64,000 bases of DNA from a virus. Every line of letters begins with the position of its first letter. Position 1 is the stretch's first letter. Positions 26,688 through 38,200 of the stretch are shown piece by piece. The stretch lies in the IMG/VR virus record IMGVR_UViG_3300036770_005816, positions 1-64,000 of that record. One strand, 5' to 3'. Made by a program: the position numbers and the translations under genes. The notes under the pieces are model-generated. The model made no database searches, was not told the origin of the DNA, and saw nothing but the letters and a program-made list of their open reading frames with translations.

Positions 26688-29198
26688 ATGTCGGACACAA
26701 TAAGCACACAACAGGAAAGCCTCACCGAATATAAGGCGTCCCAAGGTCAGTTCAATATTGATGAAGCACAAGGCATCATCGAAGCATTCGTCGCAGGAAT
26801 CGGAAACAAGGACTCTGTCGGCGACATCATCGTCTCGGGGGCGTTCAACGGAAGCCTAAAGCGACGAAAGCCTCGCGTTGTGTGGGGTCACAACTGGAAC
26901 GAGCCAATCGGAAAAGTCTTGGAAATCTACGAAGTTCCGAGAACCGACCCGCGTCTTCCCGCGAAAATGAAGAATGCGGGAATCGGTGGTTTGTATGCCC
27001 GTGTGCAGTTCAACCTGAAATCGGAGCGCGGGCGTCAGGCTTTCGCCGATGTCGCCTTCTTCGGGGAAGAGCAGGAGTGGTCGATTGGCTACAAGACGCT
27101 TGATGCCGACTTTGACCCATCAAAAAACGCAAATGTGTTGAAGCAAGTTGAGTTGTACGAGGTTTCACCTGTTTTACATGGCGCCAATCAGTTGACTGGA
27201 ACCATCAGCATTAAGGCTGACCAACCGTTGAAAGACCCCAAGGGCGGTTTGACCGCCGCCGGACGGCGCCATTTCAACCGAACAGAAGGTTCAAATCTTA
27301 AACCGGGTGTCAAGGGACGCGCGGACACCCCCGAAAAAATGAGACGCAAGGGTTCGTTCCTGACAAGATTCTTCACGAATCCATCAGGACCGATGAAGGA
27401 CGAAAATGGAAAACCAACCAGATTGGCTTTGTCAGCAGCAGCGTGGGGTGAACCCGTTCCGCAGGACAGGTCAGATGCCGCTGCTCTAGCAGCAAAGGGT
27501 CGTCGCCTTTTGGAAAGATATGAAAACTCCAAAAAGAAAAAGAAGGATGACGCCGACTTCGAAGAACTTCAAAGCAAGGCTTTGGAACAGTACGAAAATG
27601 ACAGCGAAATAAAAGCAGAAGAAAAAATGCATGTCAAGCGGGCGATTCTTGCGTTCGGTCCGAAACCACAAAACCCGATGGCTTTGCAAATGCTTCGCGC
27701 TCGAGCGATGGAGCAGTACAAAAAACGGAAACTCGCAGAACTCATGATGCGGATGATGCAAGAACGGGAACAAGATAACGACGAAGACGACGACGATGGC
27801 ATCCCGGCGAAAAATCCGATGGCTGGTCGCGTGCAAAATCTTGCCTATGCGCTTGCAGAAAAGTTCGGTGGAGCAGTCCGAGTGCGGGAATCAGATGCAA
27901 ACAGCGTAATTTTTGACCATAAAGGAGATGAAGGGAAGCAGACCCTTCGAGTCTCCTATCACTACGAAGACGGAAAGTTCATGTTTGGCGACCCGACAAG
28001 GGTAAAGCCAAAAGTCGTTTACATGAACTTGGACAACGACAATGTCCCCTCCGGCTCCGATGAAGAGCGTCGATACATAGACCGATACAACATGGACGAA
28101 GACCCGCAGATACCCGAAGGTGTTAAGCCGAAGATGCCAGAAAAGGCTGACCCGCTCGGCGGTCTCATCCCTCAGGAAGTAGTAACTGCACGGACAAGAG
28201 GATACGGTCCGCGAAGAGGCAACCTAGAAAGACTTCTTCGCTATTGGCGTCCGATTATGCGAAAGCCCGGTGGGTTCCGTCGTTGTCGAGTGATTCTTGC
28301 CAACCACCCAGAGTTGTATCCGTTGAACAACATCTGCGCGTGGCTGCACCACGAAACAACAGGACTCTGGCCGAACGAGGGTTGCCATCATCCGGGTATG
28401 AAGAATTGCCGAAAAAAACTCAAGGGAATCAAGAACGGTTCCATCTGGAGTGATTCACAGTGGAACGAGCGACTTGCGAGACTTGCCGGCAAGAAAGATG
28501 ACGGCTCGTTCACGATAGACGATGTGATTGACGAATTCGGTGATATGGGCACAGAGGAAAAAAATGCCATGATGATGGAAGAAGTCGCGGAACGCCTCGC
28601 TTTCAAGCCGATGGACGATTACGAAACAGACGACGATGATGACGCCAACGAGAAGGCTTATGGTGCGCTTAGGGACTTCATGAATTCCGAACCAGAGTTC
28701 GTCTCTTACATGACTGGTGACGACAATTGGGTCATGGAGGGCGAGGATGAAGACGGGATTACGGTCGAGTCTCCGCTTAAGGGTTCTGGTGGCGGTGGCT
28801 GTGGATGCGGTGGCTCCTGTGGCGGTGGTGGCAAAGAAATGATTGCTGCCTTGGCGGCTGCACTGGCGGACATGGTCAAGGAATTGGAAGACGATGTGGA
28901 TGTCAAGGCTGGTCGGGTGCTCAACGGTCGAAATATGAAGCGCCTAAAAGAGGCGTATCAACTTCTGCAAGATGTCTTGATGTCTGGCGGCGCTGAGGAT
29001 ATGGAGAGCAAATCTCACCTAATCCAAGCCGAAAACACAAGTGTTTACAATCTGAAACAGGCTCTTGACCCCGTCTTCGATTACCACGGAATTGAGGCAG
29101 TTGCGAACGAGGACGGCGTTCTCATCCGTGACATCGCATCGATTTCGGATGAAGCAGCGGAGGCATTGGTTATTCGACTAAAATCATTAGAAGTCTGA
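26688..29198 (+). CDS. Prohead maturation protease (HK97 family) with a long multi-domain extension
   Basis: GNKDSVGDIIVSGAF, WGHNWNEPIG, EWSIGY and LYEVSPVLHGAN; then KDPKGGLTAAGR (DUF6321-like), GNLERLLRYW...CAWLHHETTGLWP and KAGRVLNGRN modules. Confidence 0.88.
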   Translation: MSDTISTQQESLTEYKASQGQFNIDEAQGIIEAFVAGIGNKDSVGDIIVSGAFNGSLKRRKPRVVWGHNWNEPIGKVLEIYEVPRTDPRLPAKMKNAGIGGLYARVQFNLKSERGRQAFADVAFFGEEQEWSIGYKTLDADFDPSKNANVLKQVELYEVSPVLHGANQLTGTISIKADQPLKDPKGGLTAAGRRHFNRTEGSNLKPGVKGRADTPEKMRRKGSFLTRFFTNPSGPMKDENGKPTRLALSAAAWGEPVPQDRSDAAALAAKGRRLLERYENSKKKKKDDADFEELQSKALEQYENDSEIKAEEKMHVKRAILAFGPKPQNPMALQMLRARAMEQYKKRKLAELMMRMMQEREQDNDEDDDDGIPAKNPMAGRVQNLAYALAEKFGGAVRVRESDANSVIFDHKGDEGKQTLRVSYHYEDGKFMFGDPTRVKPKVVYMNLDNDNVPSGSDEERRYIDRYNMDEDPQIPEGVKPKMPEKADPLGGLIPQEVVTARTRGYGPRRGNLERLLRYWRPIMRKPGGFRRCRVILANHPELYPLNNICAWLHHETTGLWPNEGCHHPGMKNCRKKLKGIKNGSIWSDSQWNERLARLAGKKDDGSFTIDDVIDEFGDMGTEEKNAMMMEEVAERLAFKPMDDYETDDDDDANEKAYGALRDFMNSEPEFVSYMTGDDNWVMEGEDEDGITVESPLKGSGGGGCGCGGSCGGGGKEMIAALAAALADMVKELEDDVDVKAGRVLNGRNMKRLKEAYQLLQDVLMSGGAEDMESKSHLIQAENTSVYNLKQALDPVFDYHGIEAVANEDGVLIRDIASISDEAAEALVIRLKSLEV

Positions 29199-29246
29199 AA
29201 TATGATTACATCGATTTGGTATGAGTAGCATCAGGCGAATACTTAT

Positions 29247-30803
29247 ATGAGTTATACTTCTAGAACAGGTTTACCACAAAAGTCAGCAAAGTATCAGTGC
29301 ATGGTATCGGGCGAAAAACGCTCGACTCCTTGTAGCGGATGCTCCAGTCCAAAGTCTTGCCTCGTGAAGACGATGCAATACAAGGAGTCAGAAAACATGG
29401 CAGATACACCAACAGTCGGATTGAACGCAGACGGCACCATTAAGTGTGCAAAGAGTCTCGATTTGAAAGAGTGCGGCTACAAGCCGGGCGAGAAAGTTTG
29501 CGGCAAATGCGGCGCCGAGGCTGTCTCTGTGAAGGGTGAGGGTTACGGCGGAATGTCATCCGAGTGGGTGTCCGCCCCGAAGAAGAAGAAGACTCGCAAG
29601 ATGATGGGCAACACTTTGCCGTCGGACGTTGACGAGGATGACGAAGAGCAGATGCCAGAAAAAGGCAAAAAGCCTATGGTCAAGCCAGCATCAGTCATGG
29701 AGAACATGGTTGACGATGCCGACATGATGGACGACGACGAAGACGACGACGACATGGAGGACACCGAAAAGGAAGACGGTGCCGAAGGTTCGGACATGAT
29801 GGACGACGACATGATGGACGACGAAGACGAAGAAAAAATGTGGACAGAACTTGAGGACATGCTCAAGAAGCGCAAGAAGGCTCGCAAGAAGCGTATGGCT
29901 TCAATGGGCATGAAGAGCGCTTTCGAAGGTGATGACCAAGCGTTCGTGTGTGGCATTGAGCGCAAAGTGTTCGGCGGTGGAAGTTCACCGTGTGCCAACT
30001 GCCCTGGCGGTTGCGCTCCGCATGATGACATGCCAACACTTGTCGAGATTGAGGGAATCGCCGAAGACATGTTCTCGGGCAAGATTCTTGATTCTGGCTA
30101 CGCAGACCTGTCGGACATTTTCGTCGTTGACATTGAACGCAAGGACGGAAAGCCGATTGAGGCGTACTTTGACGGAACCAGCGGAGAGTGCATGGGTTGG
30201 CACCTTCTCAACGAAGACCTGATTGGTGAAGTTGCGGGAATCCCCGGCGAGAAAATCATTTCGTTTGACGATGCCGCCAACATCGCAGTTAAGTCGATTG
30301 AGGGCGAAGTTGTCGCTGTCGACGCCGACATGTTCGAAGGCTATGACGCATACGCTGTCGAAATCGAAGGCGTGGACGGCAAGTCATACGATGTGTTCGT
30401 CGGTGTTGACGGAGAAGTTCTCGGCTATGACGAGTACGAGCCTGAAGAGGCTGCCGACATTGACGCAGAAGTTGCTGACCTTGCGTTGAAGCGCATGTAC
30501 AGCGATGAGCGTCGCGATGAACTTGCCAAGGAAGGCATGGCTCTCCCCGATGGTTCTTACCCAATCGTTGACGAGGCTGACTTGCAGAACGCAATTCAGG
30601 CTTTCGGTCGCGCGAAGGACAAGGAAGCCGCTAAGAAGCACATCATGAAGCGTGCTCGCGCCCTCGGCAAGGAAGACATGATTCCCGAGAACTGGATGAA
30701 TGAAGAGAAGACACTCAGCGACGACGAGGCGAAGAAGTTCATCGGCGATTTGATGGAGTTCGAAATGCTTTCCGTCGAGCAAGATGGAGTGGATGGACGA
30801 TGA
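29247..30803 (+). CDS. Head-associated protein with Cys clusters, PepSY-like repeats and a DUF6582-like domain
   Basis: ISFDDAANIAVKSIEGEVVAVD...YAVEI...VDGEVL (PepSY-like); ALPDGSYPI...NAIQAFGRA...HIMKRARALG; possible alternative start at 29397. Confidence 0.65.
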   Translation: MSYTSRTGLPQKSAKYQCMVSGEKRSTPCSGCSSPKSCLVKTMQYKESENMADTPTVGLNADGTIKCAKSLDLKECGYKPGEKVCGKCGAEAVSVKGEGYGGMSSEWVSAPKKKKTRKMMGNTLPSDVDEDDEEQMPEKGKKPMVKPASVMENMVDDADMMDDDEDDDDMEDTEKEDGAEGSDMMDDDMMDDEDEEKMWTELEDMLKKRKKARKKRMASMGMKSAFEGDDQAFVCGIERKVFGGGSSPCANCPGGCAPHDDMPTLVEIEGIAEDMFSGKILDSGYADLSDIFVVDIERKDGKPIEAYFDGTSGECMGWHLLNEDLIGEVAGIPGEKIISFDDAANIAVKSIEGEVVAVDADMFEGYDAYAVEIEGVDGKSYDVFVGVDGEVLGYDEYEPEEAADIDAEVADLALKRMYSDERRDELAKEGMALPDGSYPIVDEADLQNAIQAFGRAKDKEAAKKHIMKRARALGKEDMIPENWMNEEKTLSDDEAKKFIGDLMEFEMLSVEQDGVDGR

Positions 30804-31051
30804 GGAAACCCGGCGCGGAACACGCAGGCTCTTGGCGGGGACTCGCCAAGGGTGATGCCCCAACCCCAACTCCTGTTGTGAGTCGTGAAGTTGAGGCTCC
30901 GAAGAAGACACGCAAGAAGAAGGAACCAGAGGCAAATGTTGCACCAGCAGAACCTGAGAATGTTGCTGTGGTGGAAGAAGCCGCTGTCGTCGAAGAAGTC
31001 GCTGTCAAAGAAACTTCAGAAGAGTCCGAGAACCAGACAGAATCATTGTGA
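30800..31051 (+). CDS. Hypothetical protein
   Basis: 83 aa; ATGA overlap with the upstream gene. Confidence 0.6.
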   Translation: MRKPGAEHAGSWRGLAKGDAPTPTPVVSREVEAPKKTRKKKEPEANVAPAEPENVAVVEEAAVVEEVAVKETSEESENQTESL

Positions 31052-31063
31052 TTCGGAGAGACG

Positions 31064-33562
31064 ATGAGTTCGTCTCTCATGTTTGACGCAAACAGACGGG
31101 TAGAGAACTACCGCAAATCGGTAGCGTTCGTTGACGAAAATGTTTTGATGTTCAAGGGTTTCCTTGGACCTTCGTTAAAGGACAAACCTGAACTTGTTAC
31201 GGTTGGTGCGAGGGCTGCCCGTGCTGCTGGTGTGATTGTAGACAGCCTCGGCAAACTGCGATGCCCTCCCGGTACGCCTAACGCAAACCAATTCACAGAC
31301 ATGCAGATGTCGAACTGCATGGTGCCGGGGATGGGAACAGCCAAAAAACTTAAAGACCGTGCAGCCAACGCGATGGGAACACTTCTTAGCACAGCGGGCA
31401 AAGCGATGGATAAAAAAGGCGTCAAGGGTGCGATGCGGGTAGCCGCGATGGCAAGTTTGGCGAGTTTGGATGTGCTTGATTACAAACAAAATGATGGAAG
31501 TGGGGCGATGTCTGCGACCATTCTGGCGATGGGCGACATAGTTCGTTCTGCCGGACGAGAAGTAGCAGAAAGAGCATTGGACAGGTTGCAACGCAATGGA
31601 AAAATCTCACAAGAACAACGCGAACAACTTGACAAAGTTGTAGACAAACTTGCTCCGATAGCCGCCGAAAGACTTGTCTTGGGCGGTGTTCAAGCGGTCA
31701 ATGCGTGGAGACGAGCACGAAAACAGCGGACACCAACAACCGAAACAGCGGATGCGCTTGAACCAAGGCAACCGAAACTGAAACAACCGAGACACCTTAT
31801 TGAACCAAACGCAATGGGTTCAGTAGATGTTTCTCAGGTTTTGCCAAGCGCACCAGAAAAATCTATGCGCACCGAGAACAATATGCCAATCACTGTTGAT
31901 GCGGAAAGATTCAATGGGGAACTCGCACAAAAAGTTTCGTCCCTGTTGGACAAATATGGAATAGACAAATCTTTACCTCCAAGTCAGCAGTTGGATGGGC
32001 TAGCCAAAAAAATGGGAGTTGTGCTTCCTCGTTCGATGTCAAAACAATTGGACGATTCGGTGGAATACCTGCTCGGTGAAGGCAAGACGGTCGCAGACGG
32101 TTTTGTTCAAGGGATAAACAATCCAGACCCATTGGCTGTGGACGTTCTTAGGGTCAAAGGGCAAAGCATCCTTGATGCAGTCAAGTTGGCGGAGTCAGGT
32201 CCTGAAGGAAGAGCACAAGTGAGGGAAGCAATCGCGCAGGGCTACTTGGAGACGATAACCGGCGTGGAGATGATGTTCACGGATAATCCCGCCATGAGGG
32301 GTGCGCTCATGCTTGATTTGCACGGAGATGAATACTCCAAGAAATTCCCAGCAATGAAAGAGGCGGCTGGATATGCGTACCAAACCTACACCCCGAATGG
32401 GATGATGACTCAGGTCAATTTCCTGCCGCATTCATTGATGTTTGACCAAGATGCAATCCAAGGAATTGTTCCAAAAGGTCAAGGGCTGAATCACAGCGTA
32501 AGATTTTCTGGTGCAGACGACCATCAAATAGGTTTGGGTATACACGAAGCGGCGCACGCGGAGCACTTCTACCACCAATACGCAGCGTTGGGCATAAAAA
32601 TCGGGCAAGACTCAGGAACGATAGAACAACAGGTAAGAGCAAAAGGACCGCGACTTGAAGATTCGTATATTGGGGTTATGTTCGCCCACAGATACGAATT
32701 CTCGTCAGAAATGACATGGGACGAAGTGGTGGAACAGTTGGATAAGGCGGGTAGCAATGAGTCGCTTGATTCGTTGATGGCTGTTGTCGCCCAAGATGCG
32801 ACGAGAATCAACATGAAGACTGGCACCCCTGCAGATGATGCAAAGACGGGATATTTGTACTCTCACTTCGGAGGCGCGAACGGAATACAATCAGGTAAGC
32901 AAACTGTCTCCGTGATTGAGGCAGTTGAGAATTACACGAGGGCACAGCAATTCCCCAACATTGTTCCATTTTTGCCGAGGGACGAACAAGGAAACCAAAT
33001 CCCCATTCAACGATTGACTCAAGCGCAGACCGACGAAGTGTACGAAAAAGCCAAAGCAGCCGTCAAACTTGAATTGCCCGAAAATATTGAACTTGTCGAC
33101 CCGAATACGGGTGAGGTTCTTTCTGACGAAGGTGCCGCGAAGATGGTGAAAGATGCCATGAACGGACAATTCATTTCAGGGCTTGCCCAAGAATATGTTG
33201 GAGTTAGAAACGACTATCTCGGTATCAGGGAATCCACCATTTCGACAAATGGAGTACCCAACGAAGAAGTTATGGCTGCGCTTGGCGTCTCTTCTGACTA
33301 CGGCAAAACGAACATCATGGAAGCGACAGCAGAAGGTAGAGTCGTTGATGTATACGGACGCAATTTCACGAGTTTCAACATGGAGCAAGAGCAAGTAACG
33401 AAAGTTCGGGAAATGTTAGGGCGTCTTTTCCCCAAGAGTTACGACGACAGACCCTCAGGTAAACCACCGTCTGCGGCTGTTCTCCAACAAAAAATACAGC
33501 AAATCACATCACGAATGCCCACAATCAGAAGAAAAGAAGGAAGCGTAGATTCCGTCGTATGA
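31064..33562 (+). CDS. Modular protein: C-x17-C tag plus HEXXH metallopeptidase-like domain
   Basis: LRCPPGTPNANQFTDMQMSNC; IHEAAHAEHFY and SDYGKTNIMEATAE; GGAG RBS. Confidence 0.7.
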   Translation: MSSSLMFDANRRVENYRKSVAFVDENVLMFKGFLGPSLKDKPELVTVGARAARAAGVIVDSLGKLRCPPGTPNANQFTDMQMSNCMVPGMGTAKKLKDRAANAMGTLLSTAGKAMDKKGVKGAMRVAAMASLASLDVLDYKQNDGSGAMSATILAMGDIVRSAGREVAERALDRLQRNGKISQEQREQLDKVVDKLAPIAAERLVLGGVQAVNAWRRARKQRTPTTETADALEPRQPKLKQPRHLIEPNAMGSVDVSQVLPSAPEKSMRTENNMPITVDAERFNGELAQKVSSLLDKYGIDKSLPPSQQLDGLAKKMGVVLPRSMSKQLDDSVEYLLGEGKTVADGFVQGINNPDPLAVDVLRVKGQSILDAVKLAESGPEGRAQVREAIAQGYLETITGVEMMFTDNPAMRGALMLDLHGDEYSKKFPAMKEAAGYAYQTYTPNGMMTQVNFLPHSLMFDQDAIQGIVPKGQGLNHSVRFSGADDHQIGLGIHEAAHAEHFYHQYAALGIKIGQDSGTIEQQVRAKGPRLEDSYIGVMFAHRYEFSSEMTWDEVVEQLDKAGSNESLDSLMAVVAQDATRINMKTGTPADDAKTGYLYSHFGGANGIQSGKQTVSVIEAVENYTRAQQFPNIVPFLPRDEQGNQIPIQRLTQAQTDEVYEKAKAAVKLELPENIELVDPNTGEVLSDEGAAKMVKDAMNGQFISGLAQEYVGVRNDYLGIRESTISTNGVPNEEVMAALGVSSDYGKTNIMEATAEGRVVDVYGRNFTSFNMEQEQVTKVREMLGRLFPKSYDDRPSGKPPSAAVLQQKIQQITSRMPTIRRKEGSVDSVV

Positions 33563-33801
33563 AAAAAAATACGAAAAACGATGAAATAGTAAGCGTAGAG
33601 CAGGTTCATTGGGTGGGTTACGGCTGGCTTGTCGTATCCCCAAATGGACAAGAAGAGTGGTATCGGATATATCTGAAAGACGAAAAACTAACCCCTCAAG
33701 AATGGGATTTTGTGCAGACGGTACGCCCCAAAGTGATGCTTCCACCAAAGATTATCAATGACGAAAACATACAAGAGTGGCGAAAAACAATTAAACAGTA
33801 G
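33559..33801 (+). CDS. Small hypothetical protein (immunity-like position)
   Basis: 80 aa; ATGA overlap with the peptidase-like gene. Confidence 0.6.
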   Translation: MKKNTKNDEIVSVEQVHWVGYGWLVVSPNGQEEWYRIYLKDEKLTPQEWDFVQTVRPKVMLPPKIINDENIQEWRKTIKQ

Positions 33802-33886
33802 ACATAATCATGCTCATTTAGCGTGACCTGTAAATAAGGTACAATCAAATAGCCAGCCAGTGTGGCTTATCACGGCGAGGGTACGG

Positions 33887-35230
33887 ATGCAAAACGGCTT
33901 AAATTCATCAATTGCGCAACTTCTCCGCAAACAGGTACGTCTTTCGCGCGGTCACAAAAGCATGCGCAGAACCGTGTTGCCGATAGAACGAGAATACAAC
34001 ATCAAATTTTCGGAAATTGAACAAACCAATTCGTTTGACGAATCCGACATCTATAACGCGCCATTGAACGGCGACAGAAACCTAATCAATTTCAAAACAA
34101 TGATGTACCTAAGGAAACTGGAGTCGCGACTCGCTTCACCCATTGACATACTCGCATACGACGAAAAGGTCGGGTTGGTCGGTTCAAGAACAGGGTTCGG
34201 CAGAACACTTCAAGCAGTCGGTTCCGCAATCACGCCGGGCAACATCAGCACGATACGAAGCCCTGTCCGTTCTGCTATTTGGCGGGCTTTGACACCGGGC
34301 GGTGGCGGAGGAAGAGGGCGAAAACTTCCCGGCGAGCGTGGATACAGGTGCCCTGCTGGTTTTGAATTCGGTGGTCGTTTTACCGACAGTGCATTTTCTA
34401 CATGTGGCGCTCAGTTGTTTGAGATACCAGGTCCGCTCGCGTTGGCTGCTCGCGCCATCCGCGGAGCGATGAACCCTCCGTCGGCAAGGCTTGAAAGCCT
34501 CTCGCAGGTGGTTCAAGGCAACGCGTCGCCTGATAGGGCTGTGCAAATTCAGCGAATGGCTCAGATTCCTCGCGACAACATACCCAATAAACAAAAGTTT
34601 GCACAATCAGTCGCATCATCAATAACAACATTGAAGGCGTCCCCACAGGGTGATGCCCGAATGATTCGCAGGGATGGAACAATTTTCCGACCAATCGTTC
34701 CTTCCTCAATCCTTAGACAATTCAGCGGAAACAAAGACATGATGGACGGCGCATTTGTCCGAGCGGTACAAGTGCCGAAAGATATCGCACCTGACGATGT
34801 CGCCCTGCTTGCCGGCGCATCAATGCAAAGAATTTCATTTGTTGCACCAAACGGTGTGGTAATTTCGATTGAGCGACCACGCGCACTGACGGTAGGTGAA
34901 CGACGGAAGTTCGGTCGCCAACTGAACAAAGTGATAGGTGAAACAGACCAATATGAAGTTGGTAAAAACATCAAAGATTTTGCCGAAAGAAGTAACGGTG
35001 CGTTCAAGTACACAGAAACATATGGCGATGTGAAAAACCCGAACGAGTTAGTGACAGTGATTGGCAAAGATGGCGTTGAACGACAGGTGCGTCGATGGAT
35101 TTACGAAACCTTCATAAAGGCTGGCGAAGAAGCACGGACACCCAAACAGCAGGGCGCGAAGCGACGCCAAGTGGCGGAGGCTGGACGAGAAGCGGCTGAG
35201 CGTCTAGCGGAAAGTTCATCAAGAAGATGA
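33887..35230 (+). CDS. Modular protein with C-x17-C tag, unknown C-terminal domain
   Basis: YRCPAGFEFGGRFTDSAFSTC; start uncertain (33860, 33887 or 33962). Confidence 0.7.
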   Translation: MQNGLNSSIAQLLRKQVRLSRGHKSMRRTVLPIEREYNIKFSEIEQTNSFDESDIYNAPLNGDRNLINFKTMMYLRKLESRLASPIDILAYDEKVGLVGSRTGFGRTLQAVGSAITPGNISTIRSPVRSAIWRALTPGGGGGRGRKLPGERGYRCPAGFEFGGRFTDSAFSTCGAQLFEIPGPLALAARAIRGAMNPPSARLESLSQVVQGNASPDRAVQIQRMAQIPRDNIPNKQKFAQSVASSITTLKASPQGDARMIRRDGTIFRPIVPSSILRQFSGNKDMMDGAFVRAVQVPKDIAPDDVALLAGASMQRISFVAPNGVVISIERPRALTVGERRKFGRQLNKVIGETDQYEVGKNIKDFAERSNGAFKYTETYGDVKNPNELVTVIGKDGVERQVRRWIYETFIKAGEEARTPKQQGAKRRQVAEAGREAAERLAESSSRR

Positions 35231-38200
35231 AGAAAGTATTTTTCGTTCGTCGTGACGGCGGAAAGCCGTACATGCTTGTCACCGTTCAACCGGGTGGGAC
35301 GGAATTCCAACCCATTTCCGATGATGCCGACGATGTATCTGATGTTCTTGAAAGTGTGTTCAAAAACAAGCCGATAACCAAACGACAACTCGACGATGCA
35401 CTAGACCAAGATTTCGCCATTGAGGGACCTGTTGCCGTAACTCGTGACACAAACAAAAAAATCAAGGAGTTCGCGAACACCGATGTGCCTTCTTTGAAGA
35501 GCATGGATTTTTCTGCAATCAAAATCAGCGATTTGGGTGTATCGAACACTAAAGATTTGGTGAACTTTAAGGCTCGCTCGTTCTTGTATGACCAAACAAA
35601 AACAACCTTCAATTATGAAGTGAAACGGGTTCGCGCAATCTGGGACCCAAGTTTGTCTATTCCGGGGACGGGTCGCCGTGGCGGTTGGAGATGTCCTGTA
35701 GGCACTAGATATGGTGGACAAATCACCGACAGATTTGGCAGAAATTGTGGTTGGGGTGTCGCGCGAAGAATAGCCAACGCAATCACAAACATCGGTGAAC
35801 GACTAGAAAGTGTTGACGATAGGCGCAGGGGGCGCAGAGCCGAACAAAGAAATCAGCGAGTTATGCGACGCCTCCAAAGAGATGCTCGTGGTGGAGCAGC
35901 CGAGCGAGGTTTGAGGGCTGTTGCGGATGTTCTTGACGGCGAAGATACGGCATCGCCAACGCCAGAAGCACCAGCAGCAAGAACACCGAAAGCGCCTGCG
36001 AAGCCACGCGGTCGGAGAAGAGTGTTCGATAGTGACGTTCGGGATGCGGGTTTACGCGACTCGGAATTGAGAAGAGTGCGTCGGGAAATCGAAGAACCTG
36101 GCGCTCCTCGAACAGGTGTAATCGACTTGGACGACACGATTGAACTTCCCGCTGGAGAGAGTACACCCGACAGCCGTTCTTTCCGTAATGTCAACAATAG
36201 ATTCCCGAAGAATGGTCTGCCCGACGAAGCGTATTGGCGTAGGGACAGTTACACGGGTGACGACAAAGCGGAACTCGAAAGGCGTTTTGGAAGATACTAC
36301 GACGATAAAAACAAGATTAACCAAAGAGGGAAGTTTGTAAATCAGCGTCTAGATGATTTCCGTAAGCGTCAAGCGGCTCCCAAGAAGAAACCAGAACCAC
36401 GAAAACAGCCTCGCGGTAAGCGCAAGCCGAGCCAGCGACCGAAAGGTGTTGTCGAAGGTCCGCTGGACGGTGAATCTTTCAATGACTATGTCGACCGAAA
36501 ATACGATGAGTACAAAAATCGTGTAGAGAAGATACAACGAGATGGTGGTCGTGCTGGTTTGTTGACGAAGAAAGAGTGGTTTGATGTTAACCAAGGGAAT
36601 TTGCGTAGTGCTTGGGATAAGAAAAATCCCGACAAGAAGCGACGCGAACCGCGCAAAAAGCCAGCAGGAAGAGCAAAACCACCTGTAGCAGACAAAGAGC
36701 CGACACCTAAGCGACCCCGAAAAATCAGCAAGAAAGATGTTTTCGATAACAGCATCCAAGCGGTTTCCTATGAGGGCGCCGCAAAGAAAATTGATGACCT
36801 TCCAGATAACTGGCTCGGGGACGGACCGAATCGTTTTGCCAATGCCGAAGGAATGAGGGACAGCCTGCGTAGACTCGCAGCGCGTCTCGCCAAATACGAC
36901 AAAGACGACCGAGTTGAACTTGAAAACGGGGAAGATATTCGTGTAGAGGATTTGGCGAAGAATGTGCTCGATGCTGCTGACGCTTGGGATAGGTTCGCAA
37001 AGCGTGCCGGGAACGATGATGATGAGAGGGCGCGTCGTGCGGAGGTAGCCGACATTTTGGAGAATCAGCGCGCCAACAATAGACCAGCACAACCTGATAC
37101 ACGGGAACGAATTGAACAACTGATTGACGAAGAAGCAGAGATTGAACGACAGTTGGAGCGTAACAATCTCGCGAACTTTGGTGCCGACGCCAAAGATTGG
37201 ACAGAAGCACACGACGGCATGATGAAACAAATCGGTTTGCGCAACGACGAAGTCCGCAACGAAGACGACCAAGCATTTAAAGATAATTGGAATGCAGAAG
37301 ATGCAGAACAAAGAAACCAATTTGAAGAAGAGATGGCGCAGTTGGACATGGGCAACATGGACGCCGCCGAACTAGAAGAGCGAATAAACCTCCGAGATGA
37401 ACAAATTAAACAAGCGCTTGAACAACTAGAAAAAGATTTGAAACTAGTTGAAAAGTTAAGAAAACCCCAAAATCCAGAAGAGTTTGCTGAACGCAAGAGA
37501 GCGTTTGAGCGCATTGCAGCCAACGAACGACGCGTAAACCTGAATAAGCAATTCAACAAAGAAAACAGAGGCATTCTCGAAGGGATGCGTGACAATGGTG
37601 GGACGACTCAGTCTCCACCACGAGGTGCGAAGAAACCCAAGAATTCTGACATTAAACGGGTAGTCAAGTTTGAGGAAATAGACGAAAACGAAGGCATCAG
37701 TGTCGGTGACGCAATAGCCCATATCGGATTTAGAGACGAGGACGACAGAGTTATCGATGCACTTGCAGAGAAGTTCGGAATTCCCACACGAGACACTCAA
37801 CGACAAAGAGAATCTAATGTCGGGCGAGTCAATATGGCTGATGTTGGAGAAGCAATTCGTGAGCGGATTGAGCGAAACAAGAAAGAACGATGGAACCCAA
37901 ACGAGAAAAAAGAATTTGCAGAAAAACTAGCCGACCAAGATGATGATGTTTTGGACAGAACCGAAGAGGACGCTGACCGCGCCGTGGACCAGGCTGCAGA
38001 CAAAGTTCGTACAGCGTTGGAAGATTTGGCACGAATCAGAAGAAAAATCAAAGAACGTAAAGGCTCACTCAAGAGACTAAAGAAAGAAGATAAACAAGAC
38101 TTGCAGAGAGAGGCTGACCGTCTCATAGTGTGGAACGCAATTCTTCTCGAAAAGCGCGCCCGTTTGAAGATGGTGCAAGACGAACTTCAAAAGCGACAGG

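Noticed and set aside
36349-37320. 323-aa minus-strand ORF and similar ORFs opposite the giant genes
   Set aside because: Hydrophobic mirror translations of charged coiled-coil sequence on the plus strand.
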